NCBI GenBank assembly: GCA_036477105.1
Contig: JAZGCR010000202.1
Coordinates: 33-64,032, forward strand
DNA: 64,000 nt
From: Nitrosomonadaceae bacterium
Lineage (GTDB): Bacteria; Pseudomonadota; Gammaproteobacteria; Burkholderiales; Nitrosomonadaceae
Direction: 5' to 3'
In this document: piece after piece, positions 51,318 through 61,600 of the stretch
Position numbering within the stretch: position 1 is the first letter of the stretch
Layout of the letters: each line of letters begins with the position of its first letter
Notes under the pieces: generated by a model
Told to the model about the DNA's origin: nothing
Seen by the model: the letters and a program-made list of their open reading frames with translations, nothing else
Database searches by the model: none
Made by a program: the position numbers and the translations under genes

Positions 51318-51491
51318 ATGAATCAAGTAGTAAAAAGCACCCCTTCGGTTCATGATGGCATGTTCGTCATCGGTCTTTTACTCCTTGCAACTGGCATCTC
51401 GTTTCATTGGGGATGGCCAGTCGCCTGTGAAGCCATTGGATTTATAATTGCTGCCGTTGCTATCGCAGCGAAATTACGGGGAAATGAATAA
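51318..51491 (+). CDS. 57-aa two-TM protein (hypothetical)
   Basis: MNQVVKSTPSVHDGMFVIGLLLLATGISFHWGWPVACEAIGFIIAAVAIAAKLRGNE exactly fills the TerL-portal gap and overlaps the portal ATG. Confidence 0.45.
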   Translation: MNQVVKSTPSVHDGMFVIGLLLLATGISFHWGWPVACEAIGFIIAAVAIAAKLRGNE

Positions 51492-52897
51492 TGGCATGGT
51501 TACAATTAGACCGTAAAACGATTGACCCTCCGTTGGAACAAAAATCAGTCTCTGGATCAACCACATCGTTCTTTGATTTTTTATCGGCCGGCTCTAACAA
51601 TGACCTGGCTGATTTTGTCGCTATCCAGATGTACATGGACGCGATGCCGTTTTTCAATGCGGTCGACATCAGGGCCCGCAACTTTGCAGCCATACCCATT
51701 CGTGTCTGGGATAACAGTAAAAGCGAGTTCCTGGATGACCACCCTGTATTGGAGTTACTGCAAAACCCCAACGCCGATACAACACAGTTGGAATTTTTAT
51801 ATCAATATTCCAGCTATTTCGACATCACCGGTGATTCGTATCTATTCGCCGGGGGACGCGTAAATGCCCCGCCTTTAGAAATCGCAACTGTTCCCCCTCA
51901 ACGCACCACCTTTGGGTTTGGCAATAAATTCGGCATTTTGCATGTGCCCGATACCATTACTATCAGCACTGCTGGTCAAGGTTCATCCGTTTTTCAAGCC
52001 ACCGAAGTCAATGGCATGATTCGGTTTTATGAACGTGAAGACCGTGAGCTATGGCATACGCGGCAATTTAACCCGTTGCGATCGAGTGCCAATTTTCGTG
52101 GGATGAGTAGGGCAAAGCCAATATTTTTGGAAATACAGCAATATTTGAGCGGCAACAACACCAACTGGTCCATGCTCAAGCGCGGGACTCGATTGTCCAT
52201 GGCCTGGGTTAATAACAGAGGTGAGGCACTGACTGAAATCCAATGGAGCCGAATGCAGGAAGAAGCCCAGAAATATGCAGGCGATTTGAATGCTGGTGGC
52301 ACGCCTATCCTGGATGGTATGGATGTCAAAACTATTCAGCAGACCAATAGGGAAATGGAATTCAAGGATTTGCAAGAGGCAATGCTGTCACGCATATCAA
52401 CTGTATACGGAATTCCCTTGGCATTGCTGCTTGATAAATCAATGACGCTAAACAACCTCGAAACGAGCATGCTGCAGTTGTTCGACAATGCAGTCATTCC
52501 CCTGACAAACTATCTCTATGCTGAAATGACGCAATTTCTGCTTAGACGATATCCTGACAGTGAAAACCTGGAATTCAAGTTCAATGAAGGCGATATCACT
52601 GCACTGCGTGTGCGAATCATTGAAACGGCTGAACGGCAAAATAAAATCGGTGTCAACACTATCAACGAGATTCGGACATTGATCGGCGATGAGGCTTTAG
52701 CCACTGGCGGCGATGTTGTCCTGGTACCGGCCAACCAGATACCCGTAGCCGATGATGCATTTACCGACGATAACCTGAATCGTCCCACAGCCAGCAAATT
52801 TAGTGAACTGATGCGTGAGGTGAAATCAAAGGACGGAACCAGGCGGTATTCAGAATCGGAAATAGAGAAGATTGCTATCGATCGTGGACTGATTTGA
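51491..52897 (+). CDS. portal protein (HK97 family)
   Basis: 468 aa, placed after the terminase. The segments ..YSSYFDITGDSYLF.. and ..LKRGTRLS..GGTPILDGMDVKTIQ..EMEFKDL.. fit HK97-type portals. Confidence 0.85.
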   Translation: MAWLQLDRKTIDPPLEQKSVSGSTTSFFDFLSAGSNNDLADFVAIQMYMDAMPFFNAVDIRARNFAAIPIRVWDNSKSEFLDDHPVLELLQNPNADTTQLEFLYQYSSYFDITGDSYLFAGGRVNAPPLEIATVPPQRTTFGFGNKFGILHVPDTITISTAGQGSSVFQATEVNGMIRFYEREDRELWHTRQFNPLRSSANFRGMSRAKPIFLEIQQYLSGNNTNWSMLKRGTRLSMAWVNNRGEALTEIQWSRMQEEAQKYAGDLNAGGTPILDGMDVKTIQQTNREMEFKDLQEAMLSRISTVYGIPLALLLDKSMTLNNLETSMLQLFDNAVIPLTNYLYAEMTQFLLRRYPDSENLEFKFNEGDITALRVRIIETAERQNKIGVNTINEIRTLIGDEALATGGDVVLVPANQIPVADDAFTDDNLNRPTASKFSELMREVKSKDGTRRYSESEIEKIAIDRGLI

Positions 52898-52898
52898 A

Positions 52899-53771
52899 AT
52901 GCCTCTCAATACTACGGACAGTGAATTGAGTGCAGCAGCCGCGGCTGATTTGGCTGAAAAGCTAAAACTTGAACGTCAGCAGATCATTGAGTTGAGAAGG
53001 CTATTTCGTGATATATCACTTGATATGCGGGCATTCGTGGCAGAGACGGGCAGCCCACCCAATGCCAGTGTTTATGAAGATGACCTGCGGGGAATTTTGG
53101 CAAAGCAGGGGCGTCGAGTCAGCACAGCATTCAGTGGCCACATTGTCGGTTTTTTGGATGAACAGCCTGATGACGACCCAATCATTGAAGACCTGGCATT
53201 GATAGCGGCCATCGGAGGATTGACGGCTGGTGCACTCATCGATCGAATGAGGAATGATGTCCGGCGCCGTAACCAGGCTTTCATTTCGGAACAGGTAACC
53301 GCCGACACTCGTATCATCACAGTCACTAATCAGCGTGAAATGGATGCCTCTGTATTGTCGGCTCGAGCCGCCATTCTTGACGGGGGTGATGTGCCGACCA
53401 ATACTGAGGTAGCACGTATATCATCACGCGATTTTCAGAACAGAGGGTTTGCGCGGTCACCGACTATTGCCGCCACATTCACCCAAAAAATAGCAGAGGG
53501 CGTCAAGGACATCGAAAGAACCACATTTTTCAACGCCAGGAATGGCTTCCCCTCAGTTATCGCCAATGTCCCCCAAATACAGGAAGTTGAGATATGGGTA
53601 ACGGTGGGCGATGAGAATGTGAGGCCAACGCATGTAGCTGTCGATTTTTCACCCAAAGATGATTTTGGGTGGAGTGTCGGAGGTGAATTTCTCAAGTTCC
53701 CTGGGGATCCTAATGGAAGCCCAGGCAACATCATCAACTGCCGATGCAGTATTCAACCTGTCATAGAATAA
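52899..53771 (+). CDS. head morphogenesis protein (SPP1 gp7 / Mu F-like)
   Basis: The C-terminal ..VRPTHVAVD..PGDPNGSPGNIINCRCSIQPV is the characteristic gp7-family ending. Confidence 0.8.
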   Translation: MPLNTTDSELSAAAAADLAEKLKLERQQIIELRRLFRDISLDMRAFVAETGSPPNASVYEDDLRGILAKQGRRVSTAFSGHIVGFLDEQPDDDPIIEDLALIAAIGGLTAGALIDRMRNDVRRRNQAFISEQVTADTRIITVTNQREMDASVLSARAAILDGGDVPTNTEVARISSRDFQNRGFARSPTIAATFTQKIAEGVKDIERTTFFNARNGFPSVIANVPQIQEVEIWVTVGDENVRPTHVAVDFSPKDDFGWSVGGEFLKFPGDPNGSPGNIINCRCSIQPVIE

Positions 53772-53824
53772 TAAATGTCATAAACTGACAATATACGTCA
53801 CTTCCTGACTATTATTGACAGATA

Positions 53825-53839
53825 TGACGAAATTCGTCA
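53825..53839 (+). promoter_or_regulatory. perfect 7-1-7 palindrome TGACGAA-A-TTCGTCA in an intergenic gap of the head operon
   Basis: Seen directly. It is surrounded by TGACA and CGTCAC repeats within the 113-nt gap 53772..53884. Confidence 0.4.
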
Positions 53840-53884
53840 CACTGCGCCTGAAACATAACCTAGATATAGATTTGACAGGTTTTT

Positions 53885-54949
53885 ATGGCGCCAACACCTG
53901 ATAGCATTGAATACATCGATGTCAGCTTCGAAGTGAAGCAGATAGATGATATGGACGATGAGTTTTTCCGCTTTGAAGGGCTGGCCAGTACCTTTGGCAA
54001 TATCGACCTGGTGAATGACATCGTGGTTCGCGGTGCATTTACTGAATCCCTGGCAACTAAAACCCCTGTTATCTTGTGGCAGCACCAGTCAGGTTCTCCC
54101 CTGGGAATGCCCGAAGAGATCCGTGAGACTGAAGAAGGCCTGTTCATCAAGGCTAAATTACCGAAAGCAGACACCTTTGTTTCCGGTCGTGTCATCCCTC
54201 AAATAAAGGTCGGATCCATCCGGACAATGTCGATCGGCTTTCGGGTCATCGAACGTGATTTCAATGAGGAGGGTAATCGCCTCCTGAAAAAGGTTCAACT
54301 GCTAGAAGTCTCACTGGTGACATTTGCGGCTAATCCGTTGGCAAAGGTGTCCGGGTTTAAGAACCTGGCGCTTATTAAAGATCTGGCGCCACGAAACACT
54401 AACTGGATTTCATCTGAGGCTTGTGAACGGGTTAGGAAAGAAACGGGCTCTACAGAAAAACCTTCCGAGTCTTATCGTGAAGCCTTTCTCTGGTTTGATT
54501 CAAAAGATACCGATAATTTCGATGCTTACAAATTGCCCTTTGTCGATGTGATCGACGGTACATTGACGGCAATTCCTCGGGCAATCAATAGTGCTAAAGC
54601 ACTCCTCGATCAAACAGATATCCCTGATGCAGACAAAACCCGGGTATTGGCAAACATCGATCGGTACCAGGCCAAGCTTGACGAAGATCAGCCCAAACAA
54701 TTTTACAATGTGGAGTCCGTCAAGGGCTTTGCAAAACGAGACCTGGAGAAAGCACTGAGAGAGTCAGGCGCTTTTTCTAAAGATGCAGCACTTTTAATCG
54801 TCAAAGATTTCGTGGAGCAGGGCGAGCCTGCTGATGGAAAGGACGATGTCAAATCAATAGTGGCCTCACTATTGGACAAACTCAATAGTCACTCCAAGGC
54901 TACCGCATTATCAATTATTACACGTAAGGTGAATTCCTATGGAAATTGA
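53885..54949 (+). CDS. prohead protease (HK97/S78 family) with long C-terminal extension (scaffold-like)
   Basis: ..FRFEGLASTFGNIDLVNDIVVRGAFTESL..PVILWQHQSGSPLGMPEEIRETEEGLFIKAKL.. The C-terminal roughly 180 aa is helical and charged. Confidence 0.8.
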   Translation: MAPTPDSIEYIDVSFEVKQIDDMDDEFFRFEGLASTFGNIDLVNDIVVRGAFTESLATKTPVILWQHQSGSPLGMPEEIRETEEGLFIKAKLPKADTFVSGRVIPQIKVGSIRTMSIGFRVIERDFNEEGNRLLKKVQLLEVSLVTFAANPLAKVSGFKNLALIKDLAPRNTNWISSEACERVRKETGSTEKPSESYREAFLWFDSKDTDNFDAYKLPFVDVIDGTLTAIPRAINSAKALLDQTDIPDADKTRVLANIDRYQAKLDEDQPKQFYNVESVKGFAKRDLEKALRESGAFSKDAALLIVKDFVEQGEPADGKDDVKSIVASLLDKLNSHSKATALSIITRKVNSYGN

Positions 54950-56258
54950 AGAAATTAAACAGATCGGCGAGAAAATGGATCAAGTGCTGGAATCAGCGAC
55001 TGCTGCCCAGGCTATGGCCGAGGAAGCCAAAACGTTGTCTGGTGAAGTGGATACAATTGTCAAAGATGCTATTGCTAAGGCGGCTGAAGCATCGACTAAA
55101 GCGGCCGAGGAAATGCAGGAGCTGAAAATGAAGGCCGAGGCTGTGGAAAAAACCGCAGAGTACTTGGAGAAGATGTACGCCCGAATTGGTGGGGCTGGCG
55201 ATGATAATGAGGCCAAAGAGTTCTCTGCAAAAGCCGGGGAACAGATGGCGCGTTATATGCGTACTGGTCAACGGCTGGATGATGATGTTGTCGAAGGTGT
55301 CATTAAACTGCATCTGAAGGATGGACTCTTTGGTGTGGACGCATATGTCCGTGAAAATGAGATCAAGACACTCATTGCCGGCAATAACCCTCAAGGTGGT
55401 TATTTTATTCGTCCTGAGCGCTCAGCGACTATGATTCTACGCATTTTTGAAACGTCACCGGTGCGAGGCGTAGCAAACATCGAAACCACATCCTCAGATT
55501 CAATGGAATTCCTCATTGATGATAATGAGGCAGCTTCTGGTGGTTGGGTGGGTGAAACACAAGCTCGTGGTGAGACAGCGACGCCTAATATTGGCATGTT
55601 GACCATTCCCGCACACGAGCAGTTCGCACAACCCAAGGCAACCCAAAAAATGCTGGATGATGCAGGTTTCGATATCGAATCCTGGTTGAGTCGTAAAGTC
55701 ACCAACAAAATGACCAGGGTCGAAAACACCGCTTTTGTTGTCGGTGATGGTAGTCAGAAACCCCGCGGTTTCTTGAGTCTGCCAGCGTGGGGTGCACCTG
55801 GCGTATACGAGCGCAACGCTATAGAGCAGATCAACTCTGGATCTGCCGGCGCATTTACAGGCGATGGTGTCAAAAAACTTCAGAATGCTGTCATCGAGGC
55901 CTACCAGGCCAACGCTGTATTTGGTATCAAACGTGCTTCCTGGGAACAGATTATCACGTTGAAAGATGGTCAAGGTGCCTATCTGCTTGATCCCCGGTCC
56001 TTCAAGACTGGAGATGATCTTACTTTGTTGGGCAAGCGTGTCATCTTCATGGATGATATTCCCGCCATTGCGGCTAATGCCTTGGCAATGGTTTACGGTG
56101 ATTTCTCGGTAGGTTACACCGTTCTGGATCGTATTGGATTCAGGGTTATCCGCGATGAGCTCACTGAAAAGCCTTTCATCAAGTTCTACACAACCAAGCG
56201 TACCGGTGGCGATGTTACCAACTATGAGTCTCTGAAGATTCAGAAACTCGCAGCCTAA
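54939..56258 (+). CDS. major capsid protein (HK97 fold) with N-terminal delta-like coiled coil
   Basis: 439 aa. The segment ..FAQPKATQKMLDDAGFDIESWLSRKVTNKMTRVENTAFVVGDGSQKPRGFLS.. is typical of HK97-family MCPs. Confidence 0.9.
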   Translation: MEIEEIKQIGEKMDQVLESATAAQAMAEEAKTLSGEVDTIVKDAIAKAAEASTKAAEEMQELKMKAEAVEKTAEYLEKMYARIGGAGDDNEAKEFSAKAGEQMARYMRTGQRLDDDVVEGVIKLHLKDGLFGVDAYVRENEIKTLIAGNNPQGGYFIRPERSATMILRIFETSPVRGVANIETTSSDSMEFLIDDNEAASGGWVGETQARGETATPNIGMLTIPAHEQFAQPKATQKMLDDAGFDIESWLSRKVTNKMTRVENTAFVVGDGSQKPRGFLSLPAWGAPGVYERNAIEQINSGSAGAFTGDGVKKLQNAVIEAYQANAVFGIKRASWEQIITLKDGQGAYLLDPRSFKTGDDLTLLGKRVIFMDDIPAIAANALAMVYGDFSVGYTVLDRIGFRVIRDELTEKPFIKFYTTKRTGGDVTNYESLKIQKLAA

Positions 56259-56270
56259 CTAACCCTTTAA

Positions 56271-56290
56271 CTGCGCCTGGAACGGCGCAG
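56271..56290 (+). terminator. hairpin after the capsid gene (attenuator/terminator)
   Basis: CTGCGCC-TGGAAC-GGCGCAG is followed by ATTAATTAAATTT, with no clean T-run. Confidence 0.45.
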
Positions 56291-56320
56291 ATTAATTAAA
56301 TTTGAAAAGAGGATACGATC

Positions 56321-56725
56321 ATGGCTGTTAAAGATATTCGCAGCAATCTTTTACAACTGGTGGCATTGGTTCGGACCATTGCTAGCATCGGTACCATAAC
56401 AGGTGCCATTATTGACACGGCTAATTTTGAACTCGGCCTAATGTTTTCTGTGAACGTAACAACATTTGGTGCCGGTGAGACTATCACGCTGATTCTCGAA
56501 GAGTCAGATGATTCTGGCATGTCAGGTGCAACCGTTATTAGCGGAGATCAGCTTATAGGTGCTTTGCCGGTGCTCACCGCTGTGGTTGCGGAAGGTGCTA
56601 CTCTCGAAACGGTGGGTGTTATCAGCAATAAGCGATTTGTGCGCGCCTCTATTTCAACCGTAACGACCAATAGCAGCACCATTGTGGTTGCAGCTACTCA
56701 GAAAGCTGAGAACATGCCTGTCTAA
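56321..56725 (+). CDS. hypothetical head-associated protein (decoration/cement candidate)
   Basis: 134 aa, beta-rich, directly after the MCP; AAGAGGA RBS. Confidence 0.45.
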   Translation: MAVKDIRSNLLQLVALVRTIASIGTITGAIIDTANFELGLMFSVNVTTFGAGETITLILEESDDSGMSGATVISGDQLIGALPVLTAVVAEGATLETVGVISNKRFVRASISTVTTNSSTIVVAATQKAENMPV

Positions 56726-56755
56726 TCAATGATCCGCTGAAGGGTAGAAATTTTT

Positions 56756-57172
56756 ATGAAAGTTAAAATTACAGAAAGCTTTCGTTATGCGGACCCAGGT
56801 GGCCCGCATCTTCCCCAGATAGATTTTGTGGAAGGTTCTGTTGTTGCTGTTACCGCTCAGCTTGGCGCCTCAGTGATTTCAAACGGACACGGTGTTGCTG
56901 TGGATGACGATGTTCCGGAGACTCTGGTGATACAACCTGATTCGAAGGAAGAGGGTTTGAAGATTCAGTCAAAGGACGACGGTGTTCCGTCAGAGGCTTA
57001 CGATAAATTGTCTGCCAAAAAGAAGCTTTTTGTCGATCAATATTTTGTTGACAGTGACGGAACGCAAGCGGCTATTCGTGCAGGATACAGCGAAAATACC
57101 GCTGCAATGCGTGGTGCTGCACTGTTGGAAGATGAAGACATTGCTGCTGCGATTTCTGAAAGAAGTGAGTAA
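56756..57172 (+). CDS. protein with C-terminal terminase-small-subunit (Terminase_2-like) HTH motif
   Basis: ..KKKLFVDQYFVDSDGTQAAIRAGYSENTAAMRGAALLEDEDIAAAI.. matches the hallmark ..F..EY....N.TQAAIRAGYS..TA...G..LL motif. The N-terminal roughly 85 aa is unassigned. Confidence 0.55.
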   Translation: MKVKITESFRYADPGGPHLPQIDFVEGSVVAVTAQLGASVISNGHGVAVDDDVPETLVIQPDSKEEGLKIQSKDDGVPSEAYDKLSAKKKLFVDQYFVDSDGTQAAIRAGYSENTAAMRGAALLEDEDIAAAISERSE

Positions 57173-57858
57173 TGAGAGCCGCGCCACCAGAACGCAGGGC
57201 CTATACCTATACGGTGACTGTACCACCGGCTGGTTTGCCGGTGTTACTGGCTACGGCTAAAAATTATTTAAAAGTTACCTCTGGTGCTGATGACGCTTTA
57301 ATCACAATTCTTATCGGTGCAGCTACAGGTTATGCCGAGGGCTTTACCAGGCGAGACTTTATCACCAGGGAATATGAAACATTCAGGGATTTTTTTTCAA
57401 ACTCTGTCTCTGAAGGCTACTACACGTTTGGTGAGAATCCAGTCCTGGGTGCAGCCCTTGTCAATGACACTGGCAACGTAGGATTCGAACTTAGACGTTC
57501 ACCTCTCCAAACTGTAGAAACAATAACGTACCTTTTGAACAATGTATTAAAACCGGTATTCGCATCGACCTTTTACAACACGATTGAGACGGATTATTCC
57601 GAGGTGTTGACGGTTGATAATGCTAGTTGGCCCGACGATGCCGATAGGCGTCTTCAGTCGATTACCATCACGTTTAAAACAGGCTTCGGTGATAGTGATA
57701 CCGATATGCCAAGTTGGGTCACCGAAGGCATTCTTCAGCACGTTGCCAATATGTACAGGAATCGTGGTGATTGTAGCGCTTGTGGTGATACGACAGGTGC
57801 TCTTTTACCGTTAACAGCAAAACTGCTTTACCTTCAAAACAGAATTGAAAATATATAG
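57172..57858 (+). CDS. head-tail connector protein (gp6-like)
   Basis: ..LLATAKNYLKVTSGADDALITILIGAATGYAEGFTRRDFI.. is the typical gp6-like connector opening. Confidence 0.7.
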   Translation: MRAAPPERRAYTYTVTVPPAGLPVLLATAKNYLKVTSGADDALITILIGAATGYAEGFTRRDFITREYETFRDFFSNSVSEGYYTFGENPVLGAALVNDTGNVGFELRRSPLQTVETITYLLNNVLKPVFASTFYNTIETDYSEVLTVDNASWPDDADRRLQSITITFKTGFGDSDTDMPSWVTEGILQHVANMYRNRGDCSACGDTTGALLPLTAKLLYLQNRIENI

Positions 57859-57869
57859 AGGATTAAATT

Positions 57870-58316
57870 ATGGCCCTTGCAAATGTTTTAAACCGATTTG
57901 AACGACCTGTCGGTGGTAGCAAAGATAACTGCTTAGTCCTTGGCGGAACAGTACTTACTGAAGCCGGTCAAAATCTTAAAACCCAAATAGTTTCTATCCC
58001 TATTGGTGATGTATCTGCTGCAGGTAGTGTATGGGTGGTACCAGGGATCGCAGGAACTATCCTTAAAATCAGTAACGTGATCGATACTACCATCACAACC
58101 GCTGATGCTGGGCTCACATTTGAAATTGGTGGTGTGGCGATTACAGGCGCGGACATTACCATAGCCTTTTCAGGTTCTTTAGCCGGTACTGTAGATCAAT
58201 CGACTCCATCAGCTTTGAATGTCATCACTGCATCTGAAGCCATCGAAGTCGTCAAAGATGGTGCGAGCACTGTGGCCTCTCAGGGTGTCGTTACCTTTGA
58301 GATTGAATTGAGTTAG
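57870..58316 (+). CDS. hypothetical structural protein
   Basis: 148 aa, beta-rich, first gene of the insertion in the connector block. Confidence 0.45.
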   Translation: MALANVLNRFERPVGGSKDNCLVLGGTVLTEAGQNLKTQIVSIPIGDVSAAGSVWVVPGIAGTILKISNVIDTTITTADAGLTFEIGGVAITGADITIAFSGSLAGTVDQSTPSALNVITASEAIEVVKDGASTVASQGVVTFEIELS

Positions 58317-58328
58317 TAGGAGTTTAGC

Positions 58329-58604
58329 ATGGCTGATACGGCAGATTTTTCAGTACCGCCTGATGAGAACTGGGTAGAAATTGCGGGCAATGATAATGCG
58401 GAAGTGTCTGGATTTATCACAGTATTTACTCAATCTCCAGTGCTATATCGCCAGGCCACTAGTTTACCCAGCGAATCTGTGAAAACAGGACATTGGCTTG
58501 AGCCCGCTTCTGATGCTGTTGAATTTGATCTACTGGCAGGCGAAAGGGCCTATGCGCGGTCCTTAGAGTTTGACGGTACCCTTATAGTCACAGTGGATGG
58601 ATAA
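58329..58604 (+). CDS. hypothetical protein
   Basis: 91-aa ORF, AGGAG RBS, tightly packed. Confidence 0.45.
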   Translation: MADTADFSVPPDENWVEIAGNDNAEVSGFITVFTQSPVLYRQATSLPSESVKTGHWLEPASDAVEFDLLAGERAYARSLEFDGTLIVTVDG

Positions 58605-58606
58605 GA

Positions 58607-61600
58607 ATGGCATTTCGTAAAGGTGGTAAAGGTACCGGCGCCAACCGGGGAGATACAAGGTCTTCAATCCCCATCAATCAGACTGGACATGGTTTTACAG
58701 TGCCGCAGGTTGTTTATCTTGATGATAGTGACAGCCTTTATAAATTAGCGAAAGCTGATGTTCTCGCCACGGCCAATGCAATCGGTGTCGTAAGCGGCGT
58801 TCAAAATGTCAACAACTTCACACTGACTACTGCTGGTGCAAATAATATATTTAGTGGTCTGACAGAAGGCGTTACATCTTATGTAAGTGATACAGTTGCC
58901 GGTGCTCTAACTGAGACCGAACCCACTATTTCAAGACCAATGCTCAATGCCATAAGTGATACTCGAGCAATCATTTTTGTAGACGGCATTAAGATAAAGG
59001 GAGCGGGTGGTTCTGATACAGAAGTGTTGTTTAACAACAATGGTGTGCCTGACGGTGACCCTTCTTTCACTTTTGATGAGCCAACGAAACTTGTGACCTG
59101 TCGGGATATGGTTGTCACCAATGATTTAACCGTCAGAGGAACAACAACATCCGTTAATTCAGAGGTTGTGAATATAGGCGACAACCACATTTCGTTAAAT
59201 GCCGGGAATACACTATTATCAGACGAGTCTGGTGGTATTATTGTTAATACGGGAATAATCGGCACTGCTTTTGAAGTATCGGACTCATTTGTTCCAGGTG
59301 TTGCTAGTACCTCCAACCCTTCTGTTACGTTAGAAGTGGCCGCTAGCTTTGCCACAAATGATATTGTCGAAGTCTCGGGTACACTCCATAACGACGGAGT
59401 CTATGAAGTATTGTCGTTCACATCCAATGTGTTGACCGTTCGCGGTGTTGGTAATACTGCGACTGTTGAACAATTCACAAACAACCAGTTCCAAACAGAA
59501 GCCGCAGGCGGCGAAATAGTAAAAATAAACGCTTCTGTGATATTGGTCAATGACAACAGCTCACGATTGTGGGGCGAGGCTACTGGTAGTACAACGAGCA
59601 CCAGTGATCCATTTGTGTTCGATTATTTCAATGAGGGAAATTTGCCTTATGTCGTCGGTCTAGAAAACGGCGCAATTCCCTATAAGTACAATACGATCCA
59701 GTCAGCCATTGACGCTGTAGAAGCATCTTCATCTTCAGATAGTGTTATTGTCGTCACGCCTGGTTTATACATGGAGAGCCTGACGATATCAGCGACGGTA
59801 TCAATAACGTCCATTACAGACCAAAATGATATTACATTTATATTGGGTAATGTAAGTATTGCTACCAGTGGCGATATCATTCTCGTAGTAATAGACGGCA
59901 TCAAGGGAACTGGCGCTGTTACAACGAGCGGTTCATCAGAGATTCGTTTGGAACTAAATTCATTCAATTTTCGGTTGAGTTCTGCGTCTGCAACATTGAG
60001 TCTTGGCAACACTAATAGTTTATCTACTTTGCGAGCATTTGATTCTCAGTTAGAAAATACACTGACCGGTCCAGCGCTTGCACGAACGGCCGGCAGCACC
60101 TCTGTTTTTTTGGACAATTGTCAAATAACGGGCGATGTTGATTTCTCTGGCACTAATGGAAGTTTTTTCGATACTGTAAATATAATCATTGAAGGTGAGG
60201 TAGATCTATCCAATTCTACTATTACATCAAGATTTGATTCACCATCGATTATCACTACGAGTAGCGCACCATGCCTGGACCTGACATCTTCCGGCAAGTG
60301 CATAATGATTGGGGGGTTGCTGGATGTTCAAAGTGGGGGCAATGTTGTAACCCCAGCTACCGGTGCCGATTTTGAATTCGCAAATGTCGCAACGACTAGT
60401 GGCACACTTCTAACGACCGCCATGGGCACGAGATTAAGAACTGACGGTGTAGCCTTAAAAAGCGACGGGTCAGGAGGTGCTAATTACCTGGATGATTCTG
60501 GTGATTACTCTGCTCCTGCTACGATTTACACAGACAACGGCGTTATCAATACTAATCGCACAGTAGAAATTTCGGATGATAAATCTTTAGACTTTACAGC
60601 TTTTGATAATGCCACTCATTCGGTGTCTGATGCTGAGGCAAAATTAAAACTGATTTCTGGTGTTGCTACATTTGCGTTGTTAGACCTTGATGGGGCTGGG
60701 GGCACAGATAGTATAGCCAGTTTTGTACTGACTCCTGCTGGGATGCTTATAACCGATACTACTAATGCTAAAGGCCTCGTTTATGCTGCAGATTATCAAG
60801 GGAATTTCACCGATCAATCATTGGTAAGTAAAAAATATGTTGATGACAACCCAGTCAATATCTTTACATCAAATGGTTCATCAGCAACAGAACGATTGTT
60901 TGAACTTTTATCCGGCGTGTCTTTTACAATAACGGCTAACAATACAGCCATAGCAGAAGACACAATCCGTCGCGCAATATTATTTATGGTGTCAACAGAA
61001 TTCGCTTTTGGGCATGACCTGCTCGATGGCAATGGAACAATAACGAGTTCACAGCGATTAACGTTTAATAACGCTGAGATGACGGTATTAGACACAAACA
61101 ATAGTAAAGGTCTTGTATATGATAGTGGCACATACAGAGTCAATTTTACTGATCTCTCATTGGTTGATAAAAAATATGTAGACGATAACCAAATAAATAT
61201 ATTCACATCTGATGGATCAATGAGTGTAGATAGAACAGTAACAGTTCTCGATAGTAGCTTTCTGAAATTTCAATCTTTTAATGCGTCAGATATTGCGACT
61301 GCGACCGGTGCTAGTGTGGTCGATATCGAAGGCAGCATGCTGAGACTGGTATATCAAGATTTTTCAAGTGGAACGCCAGGTGCAAACCATGGATTCTTGC
61401 TTACCAGCGCACAAATGTTGGTAATTGATGGTTCCAACAAAGGATTGGTGAATGCAGCTGATTATTCTGCAAACTTTGTTGACCGGTCATTGATTGACAA
61501 AGAATATGCTGACAAGGGTCAGCTCTCCAGGAGCACTTCCGGTGCAGCTGACTTAACGTCGAGTGGCATGCCAATATTAGCTGTTACTGATAGTTCAGCA

